This document shows, in pieces, positions 29,637 to 40,450 of a stretch of 64,000 nt of DNA; position 1 is the stretch's first letter, and every line of letters starts with the position of its first letter. The position numbers and the translations under genes are program-made. Under the pieces are notes generated by a model. It worked only from the letters and a program-made list of their open reading frames with translations. It made no database searches and was not told where the DNA came from. Source of the stretch: an uncultured Bacteroidales bacterium (lineage in GTDB: Bacteria; Bacillota_I; Bacilli_A; ML615J-28; CAG-698). The stretch lies in assembly GCA_964516425.1 (NCBI GenBank), contig CAZFAM010000005.1:132-64131 (forward strand). The letters are read 5' to 3'.

Positions 29637-31577
29637 CTAGTTATCTAAAATACTATCCATTTTATTATCAATTCTTTGTAATTGTTCATTAAATAAAATC
29701 AAACTATTTGATGGAAGTATTTCCATATTAGATAAATTAATAACAACATTAGACTTTGAAGAATGCAATTTGTAAACAAATTTTAGTGTCCAATTATCAC
29801 AACAATATATATTTGGCTTTTCACTTGGAACTTTTAATATACCATCTTGAATTCGATAACTACCTCCTTCAACTGTTAAAATGAAATTATCTACAGCATT
29901 ATCTGGGTCTATTAAATCATAAGAAATGACATAATAAAATTTATTATCAATTTTTTGATACGAAAGATATAACTTTAAAACTTCTGGTGTTTGTTTAAAA
30001 GTTGTTATAGAGCCTTGATAAAGAATAGACTCGTATTCATTGTTTACCAAACGCAAAAATTCATAGTTATATTCAGTATTTGATTGTAAATTATTAAATG
30101 TCACCTTATTGTTTTCAACTTTATTTTTAATACCATTTAATTCAACATAAATGTTTTCTAAACTTTCTTTACTACTTGTAATAGATATTTCCACAGAATT
30201 TTCTGTACTACTTACTTCATATGTGATTTCAGGAACTTTTGTAACAACTAAAATACAATCGCTATCAGATCTTGCGGAAAGACCACCTGAATCACTTGGA
30301 GAATTACATATTTTAAATTCACCATTATCTAAAATAATCATTGTGGAAGATCCACCACCATCCATTTGATAGCCATTTACAATTCCATAATGTTTAGCAA
30401 TTGCTACATATTCTTCTTGAGCAGCTCCATAAAATCCTTTTGACACTTGTCTACCATCAATTGTTAACATAACAACTGATCCATCTTCTTTGGTTCCAAG
30501 TATTGTCCTAGGTAAACGATCATTACCATAGCCATCATTATCATATGATGCCTCACCATTAATTAAAACTTTATCATGCAAACCAATCATGCCATCACAT
30601 TGTGAAAGTTCAGAATTTAAATTTTTATATTGTACTTTTATTAAAACATTTTGCTTTAATAATGCATTTACTTCCTCATTATTTGACACAATAGCAAATT
30701 GATTTTTTTCTAATGCTTCACTACTTCCAACTTTGCTGATAACACCTTTTCCAAAAAAACTATCCAAAGACATAGCTACTGTATTTTCAGGTTCTTCCAC
30801 AATATATCCATTATTCACCGCAATATTATCTATTTTGTGGCTTGAATTATATGGTGAAAAATATAAAGATATTTCATTAACATTTGGTTCTTGATTTGTT
30901 TTTGTTACTTCAATTTCTTTTATAACATTATTATTTTCATCATAAATATATAAATATGGACGATTGCTGAATTGAATATTTTCTTTTCTTGTTAAGCCAA
31001 CTAATCTTGAACCATTTTGGCTATTATTAAATCCTAAAATTCCCCATCCGCTATTTATTTTATACATATTGTCATCAACATACATTGTACCACTTGGGGT
31101 ATAACGATAATTACCAGTACCATTAATATCGAAGAAATCACCATTAATAGCCGCTATTACTTTCCATCCTGGATGTTTGTTTTCATAGTCTTCAGCCATT
31201 GTTTTTACTGTTGCTAAAGTCCATGCACCCTTGGAAATTACTCCCCAAGGAACAATTTTTGATTCTGATTCATAAGGTATCTCTAAAAGATTAATTTGTT
31301 GGGAATAATATTTATTCATCACAATTGGTGTTGAACTTCCATATCCAGCTTCTGTGGCACCTTTTGAAAGCAAACTTGAATCTGTAACTTGACTATATCC
31401 TGAAATCTTTTTATGTGTAATCCCTGTAGGTAATGAATTTATTTCTTTCACTTCTTCTTCGTAGTATATTGGATTATTATCTTGAGCATTAACATAATAA
31501 TTTGATATACCAAATAAGTATATTAACGTTAAACAAATTAAAAATAAACTATTAATTCTTTTAAGATTTTTATTCAT
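29637..31577 (-). CDS. Secreted phosphodiester glycosidase (NAGPA/DUF2233) family protein
   Basis: Signal peptide, AINGDFFD and QMDGGGSSTM motifs, C-terminal Fn3-like segment. ATG 31577 follows GGAG. Confidence 0.8.
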   Translation of the reverse strand: MNKNLKRINSLFLICLTLIYLFGISNYYVNAQDNNPIYYEEEVKEINSLPTGITHKKISGYSQVTDSSLLSKGATEAGYGSSTPIVMNKYYSQQINLLEIPYESESKIVPWGVISKGAWTLATVKTMAEDYENKHPGWKVIAAINGDFFDINGTGNYRYTPSGTMYVDDNMYKINSGWGILGFNNSQNGSRLVGLTRKENIQFSNRPYLYIYDENNNVIKEIEVTKTNQEPNVNEISLYFSPYNSSHKIDNIAVNNGYIVEEPENTVAMSLDSFFGKGVISKVGSSEALEKNQFAIVSNNEEVNALLKQNVLIKVQYKNLNSELSQCDGMIGLHDKVLINGEASYDNDGYGNDRLPRTILGTKEDGSVVMLTIDGRQVSKGFYGAAQEEYVAIAKHYGIVNGYQMDGGGSSTMIILDNGEFKICNSPSDSGGLSARSDSDCILVVTKVPEITYEVSSTENSVEISITSSKESLENIYVELNGIKNKVENNKVTFNNLQSNTEYNYEFLRLVNNEYESILYQGSITTFKQTPEVLKLYLSYQKIDNKFYYVISYDLIDPDNAVDNFILTVEGGSYRIQDGILKVPSEKPNIYCCDNWTLKFVYKLHSSKSNVVINLSNMEILPSNSLILFNEQLQRIDNKMDSILDN

Positions 31578-31643
31578 AATTAACTCCATCGTAATATTTT
31601 ATCATTTTTTTATCTTTTTTTCAATCAATTATTGCATTTAATA

Positions 31644-31671
31644 TAAGCCCATATCCAAAGATATGGGCTTA
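31644..31671 (-). terminator. Hairpin after the EF-G paralogue
   Basis: 11-bp stem AAGCCCATATC / GATATGGGCTT directly after the stop at 31675. The T-run is poor. Confidence 0.5.
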
Positions 31672-31674
31672 AAA

Positions 31675-33741
31675 TTATTTTTTATATTCTTCAATAATCT
31701 TTTTAATCTTATCTTCTGGAGCTATATCATATCTTAAGAATGATCTTGTGAATCTACCACTTGCTTGAGTCATTGCTTTTAATTCTGTTGCATATTTAAT
31801 AATTTCACTTTCAGGAACTTCTGCTGTAATAACAGTTTTTCCACCTTCAATATCCTCTTGACCTAATATTCTGCCTCTACGTTTACTCATATCACCCATT
31901 ATAGCACCAACAAATTCTGATTTAATTGTGACTTTAACTTCCATAATTGGTTCTAAGATTGTTGGTTTAACAACTTTACAAGCTTCTTGCCATGCTAAAC
32001 CAGCAGCTAAAACGAATGATACTTCATTTGAATCTACTGGATGATATGAACCATCAGTTAATGTTGCCTTAACACCTATTACAGGGAATCCAGCTAAAGG
32101 ACCTTTTTCCAATGCTTTTTGTAATCCTTTTTCAACAGCTGGGAAATAGTTTTTAGGAACAGCTCCACCAAATACTTCTTCATGGAATTCGAAGTGTTCT
32201 TCTGTTGGTTCGAATCTAATCCAAACATCACCAAATTGTCCAGCTCCTCCTGATTGCTTTTTATGGCGTCCTTGAACACCATGTTGATCAGTTCTTCCAC
32301 GAATTGTTTCACGATAAACAACTTTTGGATCTTCTGTATCAACTTCAACTTTGTATAAATTCTTTAATTTATCAATTATATAACCGATATGTGTAATACC
32401 TTGACCACCAATTAATAATTGTGAAGTTTCAGGATTTCTCTTTGTTTCAAACGTTTTATCTTCTTGAGCAATTTTTTGTAAAGCTGTAGATATTTTTTCT
32501 TCATCTTGTTTTTGTTTTGGTTTAATTGCAACATAGATTGTTGGAGTAGGAAATTCAGGGGCATCAAATACTACTGGATCTTTTTTGTCACAGAATGTAT
32601 ATCCACTTGTTAATTCAGTTAATTTAGCAACTGCAACTATATCTCCCGCATATGCAGCTTCAATAGGTAATTGTGTCTTTCCCATCAAAGAGAATAATTG
32701 TGGCATTTTTACAATAGTATCTGTATTAGAAATATATACTTCTTGACCAGTCTTTACAACACCAGAATAAATTTTAAATAAATTTATTGTACCCACAAAT
32801 GGGTCAACAATGCTCTTAAATACATAAGCCGACAAAGGTTGTGAATCCCTTGTTTCTCTTGTTACTTCATTACCTTTTAAGTCTTTTCCAACTTTAGCTT
32901 TTAAATCATCTGGAGCAGGCATATAATCAATTACTAAATTTAATAATGATTGTACACCAATGTTTTTAAGTGCTGAACCACAAAATACAGGATATACATC
33001 ACCAGATAATACACCAGTACGAAGTCCTTCTTTAACTTCTTCTTCTGTTAATGGTTCGCCACTAAAATATTTATCCATTAATTCTTCACTTGTTTCCGCA
33101 ACAGCTTCACAAATTGCTTCATATAATTCATCAACTTTATCCATCTTATCAGGATAAATTTCACCATCATTACATACGCCATCTTTATAAAGTTTAGCTT
33201 TCTTTTCAACTGCAAGTGCTAAACCATCAAATCGATCTTGTTTTCCTAGAGGATAACAGAATGGAGCAATTCTTTTCCCAAATTTAGTTTTTAATTCATC
33301 AATTAAATTATCAAACTTAATGTTTTCTTTATCCATTTTATTAATAAAAATAATTGTAGGAATATTACGTTTTTTTAATTCTTCCCAACATCTTTCTGTT
33401 CCTACTTCAATTCCTTTTGATGCATCAAGAACTAAAACTGCACCTTTAACAACAGATAGAACGCTATCAATTTCACCAATGAATTCTTCATTTCCTGGTG
33501 TATCAAGGAAATTTAATTTATGTCCATTCCATTCAACAGGTATTAAACTTGTTGAAAGAGTTAATTGTCTTGTTTGTTCTTCTAAAGTGTAATCACTTAC
33601 TGTGTTTTTCTTTTCAACTTCACCTTTTTTATCAATAGCACCACCTAAAAATAAAAGTGATTCTGTTAATGAAGTTTTTCCACTTCCTAAATGTCCTAAG
33701 ATTGCAACGTTTCTAATTGCTTTAGAATGATATTCTCTCAT
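31675..33741 (-). CDS. EF-G-like translational GTPase paralogue (EF-G II-like) with a non-canonical G3 motif
   Basis: 688 aa. G1 GHLGSGKTS, G3 DTPGNEEF (Asn84 in place of the catalytic His, codon AAT at 33492-33490), G4 NKMD. EF-G domains II-V are colinear. AAGGAGG RBS. Confidence 0.9.
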   Translation of the reverse strand: MREYHSKAIRNVAILGHLGSGKTSLTESLLFLGGAIDKKGEVEKKNTVSDYTLEEQTRQLTLSTSLIPVEWNGHKLNFLDTPGNEEFIGEIDSVLSVVKGAVLVLDASKGIEVGTERCWEELKKRNIPTIIFINKMDKENIKFDNLIDELKTKFGKRIAPFCYPLGKQDRFDGLALAVEKKAKLYKDGVCNDGEIYPDKMDKVDELYEAICEAVAETSEELMDKYFSGEPLTEEEVKEGLRTGVLSGDVYPVFCGSALKNIGVQSLLNLVIDYMPAPDDLKAKVGKDLKGNEVTRETRDSQPLSAYVFKSIVDPFVGTINLFKIYSGVVKTGQEVYISNTDTIVKMPQLFSLMGKTQLPIEAAYAGDIVAVAKLTELTSGYTFCDKKDPVVFDAPEFPTPTIYVAIKPKQKQDEEKISTALQKIAQEDKTFETKRNPETSQLLIGGQGITHIGYIIDKLKNLYKVEVDTEDPKVVYRETIRGRTDQHGVQGRHKKQSGGAGQFGDVWIRFEPTEEHFEFHEEVFGGAVPKNYFPAVEKGLQKALEKGPLAGFPVIGVKATLTDGSYHPVDSNEVSFVLAAGLAWQEACKVVKPTILEPIMEVKVTIKSEFVGAIMGDMSKRRGRILGQEDIEGGKTVITAEVPESEIIKYATELKAMTQASGRFTRSFLRYDIAPEDKIKKIIEEYKK

Positions 33742-33819
33742 CTACAGCTACCTCCTTTATATGTAAACGATTTCCACTTAATATTATACATTAATATAAT
33801 AGTTTTTGCAAGGGTTTTC

Positions 33820-36084
33820 CTAAAAAACTCCTTCATTAAAATGGCCATAAGTTACATCAGATATTATTAGTTTTACTTCTTTATTATGCATCTTTTTTAA
33901 ATATGCTTCTATAACTTGCAATACTTCTTCTTTATTTTCAATTGTGAAAGATAATAAAATATTGTTAATTCCATTTTCATTTATTTCATTCACATTGTTA
34001 ATAAGATTTAATATTTTAGAATTTAATAGCTTTAAATGGCAATCATTTGTACGAATTAAGGGAAATTTAAATCCTAAACGATCTGTTAAATAATATTGTT
34101 TTTCTATACATTTATGACAATTCATCTTTTCACATTTTAGATATTTATTAATTAAACAGTGTTTCATAATCATTAATTCATATCTACCATATGCCATTAA
34201 ATAAGTATTAGGGAAAAATCCATAACGATTATAAAAAGCATTTATGGTTTCTTTTAGTTCTTTACTACTTAATTCTAGAGACATACCAATCAATTGTATG
34301 CCGTGTTCTATAAAAAATGCGATAGAATAACTATTAAATACTGGCAAATATATCGTATTAAACAAATGATTATTTCCTATTAAATTATAGTTTTGAACTC
34401 CACAATTAAGGTTATTCCCATTGTTTATCCTTGGATTTATAAATAACAATTTATCATCATCTTTTTTTATAGATGTATTTTCAGTAAAAATGTAACCATC
34501 AAATATACTTCTTACAGCATCATATTGTTCTTCATTATTAATTTGCACAAATAATTGCTTGTCATTCGTTTGCGGCTTTAGTGGTTTAATAACATATTCA
34601 TTTACAACCTTTGGTTTATAATATAATCGTTGACTTGTCAATGAATCTAATGTCCTTCTTCTTAGATCATTAATTACGGAAATAGGTAAAAAAATGTTAC
34701 TTGCTTCATACTCAATATTATCAAAAATATATGGTGTATTATTTGTTTTCTTTAGTTGTTCAATAATTCTATTTGTATTATCATTTACAGATTTTTCAAC
34801 AGATACCAAGCTTTCTTCATCGATTATTATTCCTTGATAATAAATTTGTAAATGTAATTTATTATTTAAAACATATACTTTTCCGTTAATATGCAATTTC
34901 TTTTCCTCATAATTACATAGTCTTTCCATTAAAGAATTTGTGGTTGTTTTTAAGATTATTGACCCTTTTAACAATTCTTTATGACATCTGATTTTTACAA
35001 TTTCATTAGGTTTTACTTTTTTCATTAAACATCCATTTACATACATTTCCGAAATTGTAACAGCATCACTAACTTTACCTACTATTCTAATACTATCATT
35101 ATTTTCTAATGGTTCTAAAGTTTTAAAAATGATATAATTACGATCCGTTTTTAATACTTCACCAACTTTAATTCCAATATGATTACAATACTTAGTATTC
35201 GTAAATAATTGATTATCTTCATGAAACATATATCCTTTAGTAAATTCTCGGTTGAACATTTCTTTCATTTCTTTAATCATTGTTTCTTTATTTATAAAAG
35301 TTTTATTATAATAACTTTGTATGACTTTAGAATAAATTTCTGTAATTAAAGCTACATATTCTGGTCTTTTCATTCTTCCTTCTATTTTTAATGAATCGAT
35401 ATTTAGATTTAATAATTGTTCTAAATTATCTAATGTCATTAAGTCTTTAGGGCTTAATAAGTATGAAGGTTTTTCATTTTCTAAACTATATAATAAGCGA
35501 CATGGTTGAGCACACTTGCCTCGATTTCCACTTCTTTTACCAATAATGCTTGACATATAACAGTTTCCTGAATAACACATGCATAAGGCTCCATGAACAA
35601 ATACTTCAACTTCAATATTCACTTGTTCTTTAATTTGTTTAATTGTTTCAATTGTACATTCACGCCCTAAAATAACTCTTTTAAAACCAATTGATTTTAA
35701 AAATTTTGCTTGGTTAACAGAGTGAATATTCATTTGTGTAGAAGCATGTAGTGAAAGCTGTGGGAATTTTTGAATTGCAACAGATGCTAATCCAATATCT
35801 TGCACAATAATTGCATCTACATTATTTCGATATAACATTTCAATAAAATCTAATGCTTCTTGAAATTCACTTTCTTTAATTAATGTATTAACTGTAACAT
35901 ATACTTTAACATCATATAAATGTGCATATTGAATAGCTTCTATAATTTCTTGATCATCGAAATTAGTAGCTTGACTTCTAGCACTATATAATACTCCACC
36001 AATGTATACAGCATTTGCACCATGATGAATAGCACTTTTTAAAGATTCTAAATTGCCAGCAGGCGATAATAATTCTGTTTTCAT
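33820..36084 (-). CDS. Peptidase U32 family protein, long form
   Basis: MKTELLSPAGN start typical of U32, with EGRMKRPEY. ATG 36084 is preferred over the track's TTG 36105. Confidence 0.9.
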   Translation of the reverse strand: MKTELLSPAGNLESLKSAIHHGANAVYIGGVLYSARSQATNFDDQEIIEAIQYAHLYDVKVYVTVNTLIKESEFQEALDFIEMLYRNNVDAIIVQDIGLASVAIQKFPQLSLHASTQMNIHSVNQAKFLKSIGFKRVILGRECTIETIKQIKEQVNIEVEVFVHGALCMCYSGNCYMSSIIGKRSGNRGKCAQPCRLLYSLENEKPSYLLSPKDLMTLDNLEQLLNLNIDSLKIEGRMKRPEYVALITEIYSKVIQSYYNKTFINKETMIKEMKEMFNREFTKGYMFHEDNQLFTNTKYCNHIGIKVGEVLKTDRNYIIFKTLEPLENNDSIRIVGKVSDAVTISEMYVNGCLMKKVKPNEIVKIRCHKELLKGSIILKTTTNSLMERLCNYEEKKLHINGKVYVLNNKLHLQIYYQGIIIDEESLVSVEKSVNDNTNRIIEQLKKTNNTPYIFDNIEYEASNIFLPISVINDLRRRTLDSLTSQRLYYKPKVVNEYVIKPLKPQTNDKQLFVQINNEEQYDAVRSIFDGYIFTENTSIKKDDDKLLFINPRINNGNNLNCGVQNYNLIGNNHLFNTIYLPVFNSYSIAFFIEHGIQLIGMSLELSSKELKETINAFYNRYGFFPNTYLMAYGRYELMIMKHCLINKYLKCEKMNCHKCIEKQYYLTDRLGFKFPLIRTNDCHLKLLNSKILNLINNVNEINENGINNILLSFTIENKEEVLQVIEAYLKKMHNKEVKLIISDVTYGHFNEGVF

Positions 36085-36260
36085 ACTTTTCTCTTTCTTT
36101 TTCAATTTAATATTTATACTCTAGTATATCATAATTTCTTAAAACAAGATTCAATTTATTAGCAAAATAAATACAGACATTCAATATAAGAATTATCTTC
36201 TATATTCACAAGACGAAATCAACTGACAAATATGATTCTTCTAAATTGTCTTAAATCGGT

Positions 36261-36702
36261 CTATACCATAACTTCATTATAGCAAACTTTTATTAAACAG
36301 ATTAGTTTTTTTAGCCACTCAGCAATATCAATTTCCCTTATTCCTTCATATTGATACTCTGCATATCTTGGTCTACTATAATCATCTTTGTATACGCATC
36401 CTTTATTTGTAAGAAAAAAAAACCTCTCGTCAAATGTTTCTTTGCCCAAAATATTATCCGAGACCTGGATATATATATATTTTCATTACGTTTTATTTAA
36501 ACAAAGCAGATTTCTTTTTTATAAAGGACACCGACGTAAACCTCATAATCTCGTCATAGGAGGGGAAAAAAGTTGCTTATTAGGATATATATTTTTTAAA
36601 AGCTTCTAACAATTGAGATTTTCCACTACGACGAACACCTGTTATGACTTTTTTCTTCGCATTCACATCACATTTTTTACTTTTTGAAGATAAAATCACG
36701 TC
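36261..36702 (-). pseudogene. Decayed copy of an AAA_14/DUF4143 ATPase gene
   Basis: Minus-strand translation gives DVNAKKKVITGVRRSGKSQLLEAFKKYIS then a stop. This aligns with KDHQIIKVVTGIRRCGKSTLLNMYQDFLK of ORF 2877-4100. A downstream fragment ends GIREIDIAEWLKK, compared with GITVVNAIDWLLEH at the intact C-terminus. There is no start codon, a stop upstream at 36705, and a large internal deletion. Confidence 0.55.
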
Positions 36703-36794
36703 CTATTTATTTCATTATTATAACATTTGCATTTAGGCTACCATATGCATTTCCCAAAATCAAGTAATTTTCATTTAAGAAAAATATATTTTGT

Positions 36795-36830
36795 ACCAAA
36801 TAAAAGACTAATATCAAATGATACTAGTCT
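36795..36830 (-). terminator. Intrinsic terminator after the zinc-ribbon gene
   Basis: Minus strand stem AGACTAGTATCA / TGATATTAGTCT followed by TTTTATTTGG. Confidence 0.6.
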
Positions 36831-36848
36831 AAATGAGTTATGAAAGTA

Positions 36849-37046
36849 TTAATCTACTTCATATTCATACCATTGTAAACAAGGATATCCTTTAGGTCCA
36901 TATCCTTCACAATCAACACTACATTCACAATCACCACATCCGTGTCCACTTGCTTTTAATGCTCTAACATCAAATCCACAATGAGGACAAACGAAAGACA
37001 TATCTGAAACTGTGGCTCCACATTCAGAACATTTAATTAGTGCCAT
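36849..37046 (-). CDS. Small zinc-ribbon protein with a Cys-rich tail
   Basis: 65 aa. CSECG...CPHCG zinc ribbon, then GHGCGDCECSVDCEG. AAGGAGG RBS. Locally higher GC than its surroundings. Confidence 0.6.
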   Translation of the reverse strand: MALIKCSECGATVSDMSFVCPHCGFDVRALKASGHGCGDCECSVDCEGYGPKGYPCLQWYEYEVD

Positions 37047-37060
37047 TTGTTATTCCTCCT

Positions 37061-37909
37061 TTATTTATTTTCTTTTAAAATATACAATATCCCTATACAT
37101 TTAGGACCACAATGTGTTGATATAACACATCCCGAATCAGTAATCATAATATTTTTAACATTACTTTTTCCTTGAATTTTACTTAATAAGTAATCAGCAT
37201 CACTCTTTGTTTGACAATGAGTAATAGTCATTAAATCTTCATCAATATTATCTTTATCTTCATAAAAATATTCTAATAAAGTATTAAGTCCTCTATTAAA
37301 CCCAATTGGTTTTTTCGCAATAACCATTTTATTATCTAACACTCTAATAATTGGTTTAATTTTTAATGTTGTTCCTAATAAACGAATTGTTTCTGAACAT
37401 CTTCCACCCATATGCAAATACTTAAATGTATTGATAATAAATTGCACACGAACACGAGGAATTAATTCTTTTATTTTTTCCGAAATATCTAAAGCACTTA
37501 AACCTTCTTCACGATAAATACAGGCTTTGTTTAATAATAATCCAACACCTGCACTTAAGTTACATGAATCAATAACATACACATTATCAAATTCTTTACT
37601 AGCAACCATTGCGGAAGATGTAGCACTAGAAAAACCAGAACCAAGCCCTATATAAACAATATCATAATCTTTGACATATAAATTAAATTTATCCACAAAA
37701 ATGGATGGAGCAATAGCAGCAGTTTTTGGTAATTCCTTATATTCATCTACCATTTTAAATAATTCAACTGTTGTGATATCTCTTCTATCTAAATAAGTAA
37801 CTTCATTCATAATAATATTAAACGCAACAACCTTAATATCATTTTGATCTAAAAACTCTTGTGGCATATCACAACTGCTATCAGTCATTATTAAAACGCG
37901 TTTACTCAT
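37061..37909 (-). CDS. DegV family fatty-acid-binding protein
   Basis: 282 aa starting VLIMTDSSCDMP with a DegV-like fold pattern. ATGA overlap with the upstream gene. Confidence 0.9.
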   Translation of the reverse strand: MSKRVLIMTDSSCDMPQEFLDQNDIKVVAFNIIMNEVTYLDRRDITTVELFKMVDEYKELPKTAAIAPSIFVDKFNLYVKDYDIVYIGLGSGFSSATSSAMVASKEFDNVYVIDSCNLSAGVGLLLNKACIYREEGLSALDISEKIKELIPRVRVQFIINTFKYLHMGGRCSETIRLLGTTLKIKPIIRVLDNKMVIAKKPIGFNRGLNTLLEYFYEDKDNIDEDLMTITHCQTKSDADYLLSKIQGKSNVKNIMITDSGCVISTHCGPKCIGILYILKENK

Positions 37910-38721
37910 TTTTCATTCTCCTCGCATAATACATTATTTAAATCTTGTTCATACATTATTAAATCATTAACATCTTGATATATTATTTCTAAACAATATA
38001 ACTCTTTATAAAAAGATAGTAATTTAAATATGTTTTTATAATTTATATTACCTGTACCAATTCTTTGATGTTGGTCTCTTGAACCATCATTATCACTAAT
38101 ATGCAAGTGCATCAAATAATTAGATAATTTTTCAATATATTCCTCAATATGATATTCACTTACATTCGCATGACCAAAATCAAATATAAACTTCACATTG
38201 TTTCTATTAGCTTTAGTTATAATATACTCAATTTCATCTGGACTATATCCTAATTCATTACTTGCTGGCATATTTTCAATCATAAGATACTGTGGATAAC
38301 AATAATCTGCAAGTAACTTAACATTTTCAATACACTTACTTACTAATTCTTCTCTTGAAATGTTTTGATCATTACCATCAACCCCACCTAGATGTAATGT
38401 CAGTTTTTTCACATTAAACTGTTTACTAAAATCTATAGCTTTTTTAAATCTTTCCATTACTTCATTAAATGTATGAGGGTTACATAAATTACTCTTGTTA
38501 CCATGAGGCAAATGCAAAACAACTTCAATATCATATTTCATTAAATTAAAAATATTTTGTTTATACATTTTCATTTCTTCTTCTGTTTTATCATATGGAT
38601 AAAATATTTCAATAGCGGAAAATAATTTATTTTTAATTAATTCCTCATATGATTTAAATTCTTCGGTTGTGCGATGTTGATTAATTGTAAAACATTTTTT
38701 AATCATTTTGACGGTGTCCAT
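37906..38721 (-). CDS. Sugar phosphate isomerase/epimerase (xylose-isomerase-like TIM barrel, AP_endonuc_2)
   Basis: Motifs LTLHLGG, MIENM, DFGHAN and HISDNDGSRDQHQRIGTGNINY. The start is ambiguous (38721, or 38706 with an ATGA overlap). Confidence 0.75.
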   Translation of the reverse strand: MDTVKMIKKCFTINQHRTTEEFKSYEELIKNKLFSAIEIFYPYDKTEEEMKMYKQNIFNLMKYDIEVVLHLPHGNKSNLCNPHTFNEVMERFKKAIDFSKQFNVKKLTLHLGGVDGNDQNISREELVSKCIENVKLLADYCYPQYLMIENMPASNELGYSPDEIEYIITKANRNNVKFIFDFGHANVSEYHIEEYIEKLSNYLMHLHISDNDGSRDQHQRIGTGNINYKNIFKLLSFYKELYCLEIIYQDVNDLIMYEQDLNNVLCEENEK

Positions 38722-40448
38722 ATTTTTCCATCTTTACACGATTCTCTAATATCATTAATTAAAATATCTCTAAATAATACTCCTGTATTAGTTTGATTTT
38801 CTGATGCAAGAAATGGATATTTATCATTATCGAAAATATAATCAACAGCCCCAACAACAAAAGTTTCATCATTATTAACTTCTCGACCATTATAATATAA
38901 TTTATTATTTTTTACAACAACATTATCACTATGCCAAATTGACGATGAGTTCATTAAAATTATAATATTATCCACTGTCATTGTACAAAGTTTCACTTCA
39001 TTATCAAATGGCATTATTTCCCAAACTTTTCCAACAGTAACATTTTGGTTTTTTTGAATTGGGAAAGCATTACTTCGAATACCACCATTATTAATGAAAG
39101 CAATTTGGCAATCAGCTCCACGTTGTAAAGCATTAACTGCCCATTGTGCACCTGTTGGTTGATCAACAACTTCACCACTAACACCTAAAACTTGTTCAGA
39201 GATTTTTGATGCTTCTTCATTGTATTTAGCAATAATAGCTTCAATTTTTTCATTTTTATTAGACAATGATGATGTTACAGTAATATTTTCAGCACTGCCT
39301 TCTACCAACTGTTTTGTTTCTTTGTTATACGTAAGTACTATTTTTCCGATACTTGATCCAGAACTTCCAGATTGAACATATGGAAGAAGTGTGTTATCAA
39401 TTCCCATTGTTTCACCCGCATAAGTAGAATGTGTATGACCGTTAAATATAGCATCGACTTGATAATCGCCTGTCAAGTCCGCAATACTTTGATTTAAACC
39501 TAAAGTATTATCATGAGCTGATACGACAACAATATCACAGCTCTTTTCCGTACGTAATTCTTTAGTATATTTTTTAATTGCTTCAACACTATCAGTGAAT
39601 TCAAATGGAGCAACAATTGTGGGTGAAATTGAACTTTCAAGAGTACTTCCAATTACTCCTATAATACCAATTTTTAAACCACTTCTTTCTATGATAGTAT
39701 AAGGATCAGCCCAGTCAACTGCTTCCCCAGTTTCCTTTAATGTAATATTAGCAGCCAAAATCGGGAAATCAGGTTTAACAGCGCCTGTTTTATCGTGATA
39801 CTCTTTTATTACATCAGTTCCCCAATCAAATTCATGATTACCAACAGTCATAGAAACAAATCCAATTTCATTCATGCTTTCAACTAGTACTTTTCCTTTG
39901 CTCATATTTGAAATTGCACTACCTTGAAACATATCACCAGATGATAAAATAATTGTGGAATCAGGATACTTAGTGCGTTCTTCAATTAAATAATTACCAA
40001 TAACACTTAACCCACCATCATCATCAATTACGGCACCATGAAAATCATTTAAAGCATAAAATGTTAATGTAACTTCTTTTGAATTTGTTATTTCATTTTT
40101 TTTAATTAAAACATTATATTTTTTTTCCATCGTTCCTAAATTCTTTATTTCCAATGTTACTGTTAAGATAACACTTTGATCAATTGTACTTCTAGTAATA
40201 TATGCGTTGTAATAAAATAAACCATCTTCTTCATAATAATTTCCGATTTTTAAAACTTTAGAATCAGAACTTGTCCAATATATATCATGATCACCTTTTG
40301 TATTAATAGTGCCAGGTAATTTAAAATCTTCAGTTACTTCTTCAGGAACATTTATTTTTTCAAAATATTCTTCAAACTTATTATCGTCAGAACATCCAAC
40401 TAAACATAAACTAACAATAAGCATTAATACTATAAATATTTTTTTCAT
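38703..40448 (-). CDS. Lipoprotein 5'-nucleotidase / metallophosphatase (UshA-like)
   Basis: Lipobox LVGCSD, metallophosphatase motifs NDFHG, SGDMFQG, GNHEFD and GHTH, followed by a 5'-nucleotidase C-terminal domain. Confidence 0.85.
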   Translation of the reverse strand: MKKIFIVLMLIVSLCLVGCSDDNKFEEYFEKINVPEEVTEDFKLPGTINTKGDHDIYWTSSDSKVLKIGNYYEEDGLFYYNAYITRSTIDQSVILTVTLEIKNLGTMEKKYNVLIKKNEITNSKEVTLTFYALNDFHGAVIDDDGGLSVIGNYLIEERTKYPDSTIILSSGDMFQGSAISNMSKGKVLVESMNEIGFVSMTVGNHEFDWGTDVIKEYHDKTGAVKPDFPILAANITLKETGEAVDWADPYTIIERSGLKIGIIGVIGSTLESSISPTIVAPFEFTDSVEAIKKYTKELRTEKSCDIVVVSAHDNTLGLNQSIADLTGDYQVDAIFNGHTHSTYAGETMGIDNTLLPYVQSGSSGSSIGKIVLTYNKETKQLVEGSAENITVTSSLSNKNEKIEAIIAKYNEEASKISEQVLGVSGEVVDQPTGAQWAVNALQRGADCQIAFINNGGIRSNAFPIQKNQNVTVGKVWEIMPFDNEVKLCTMTVDNIIILMNSSSIWHSDNVVVKNNKLYYNGREVNNDETFVVGAVDYIFDNDKYPFLASENQTNTGVLFRDILINDIRESCKDGKIWTPSK

Positions 40449-40450
40449 TA

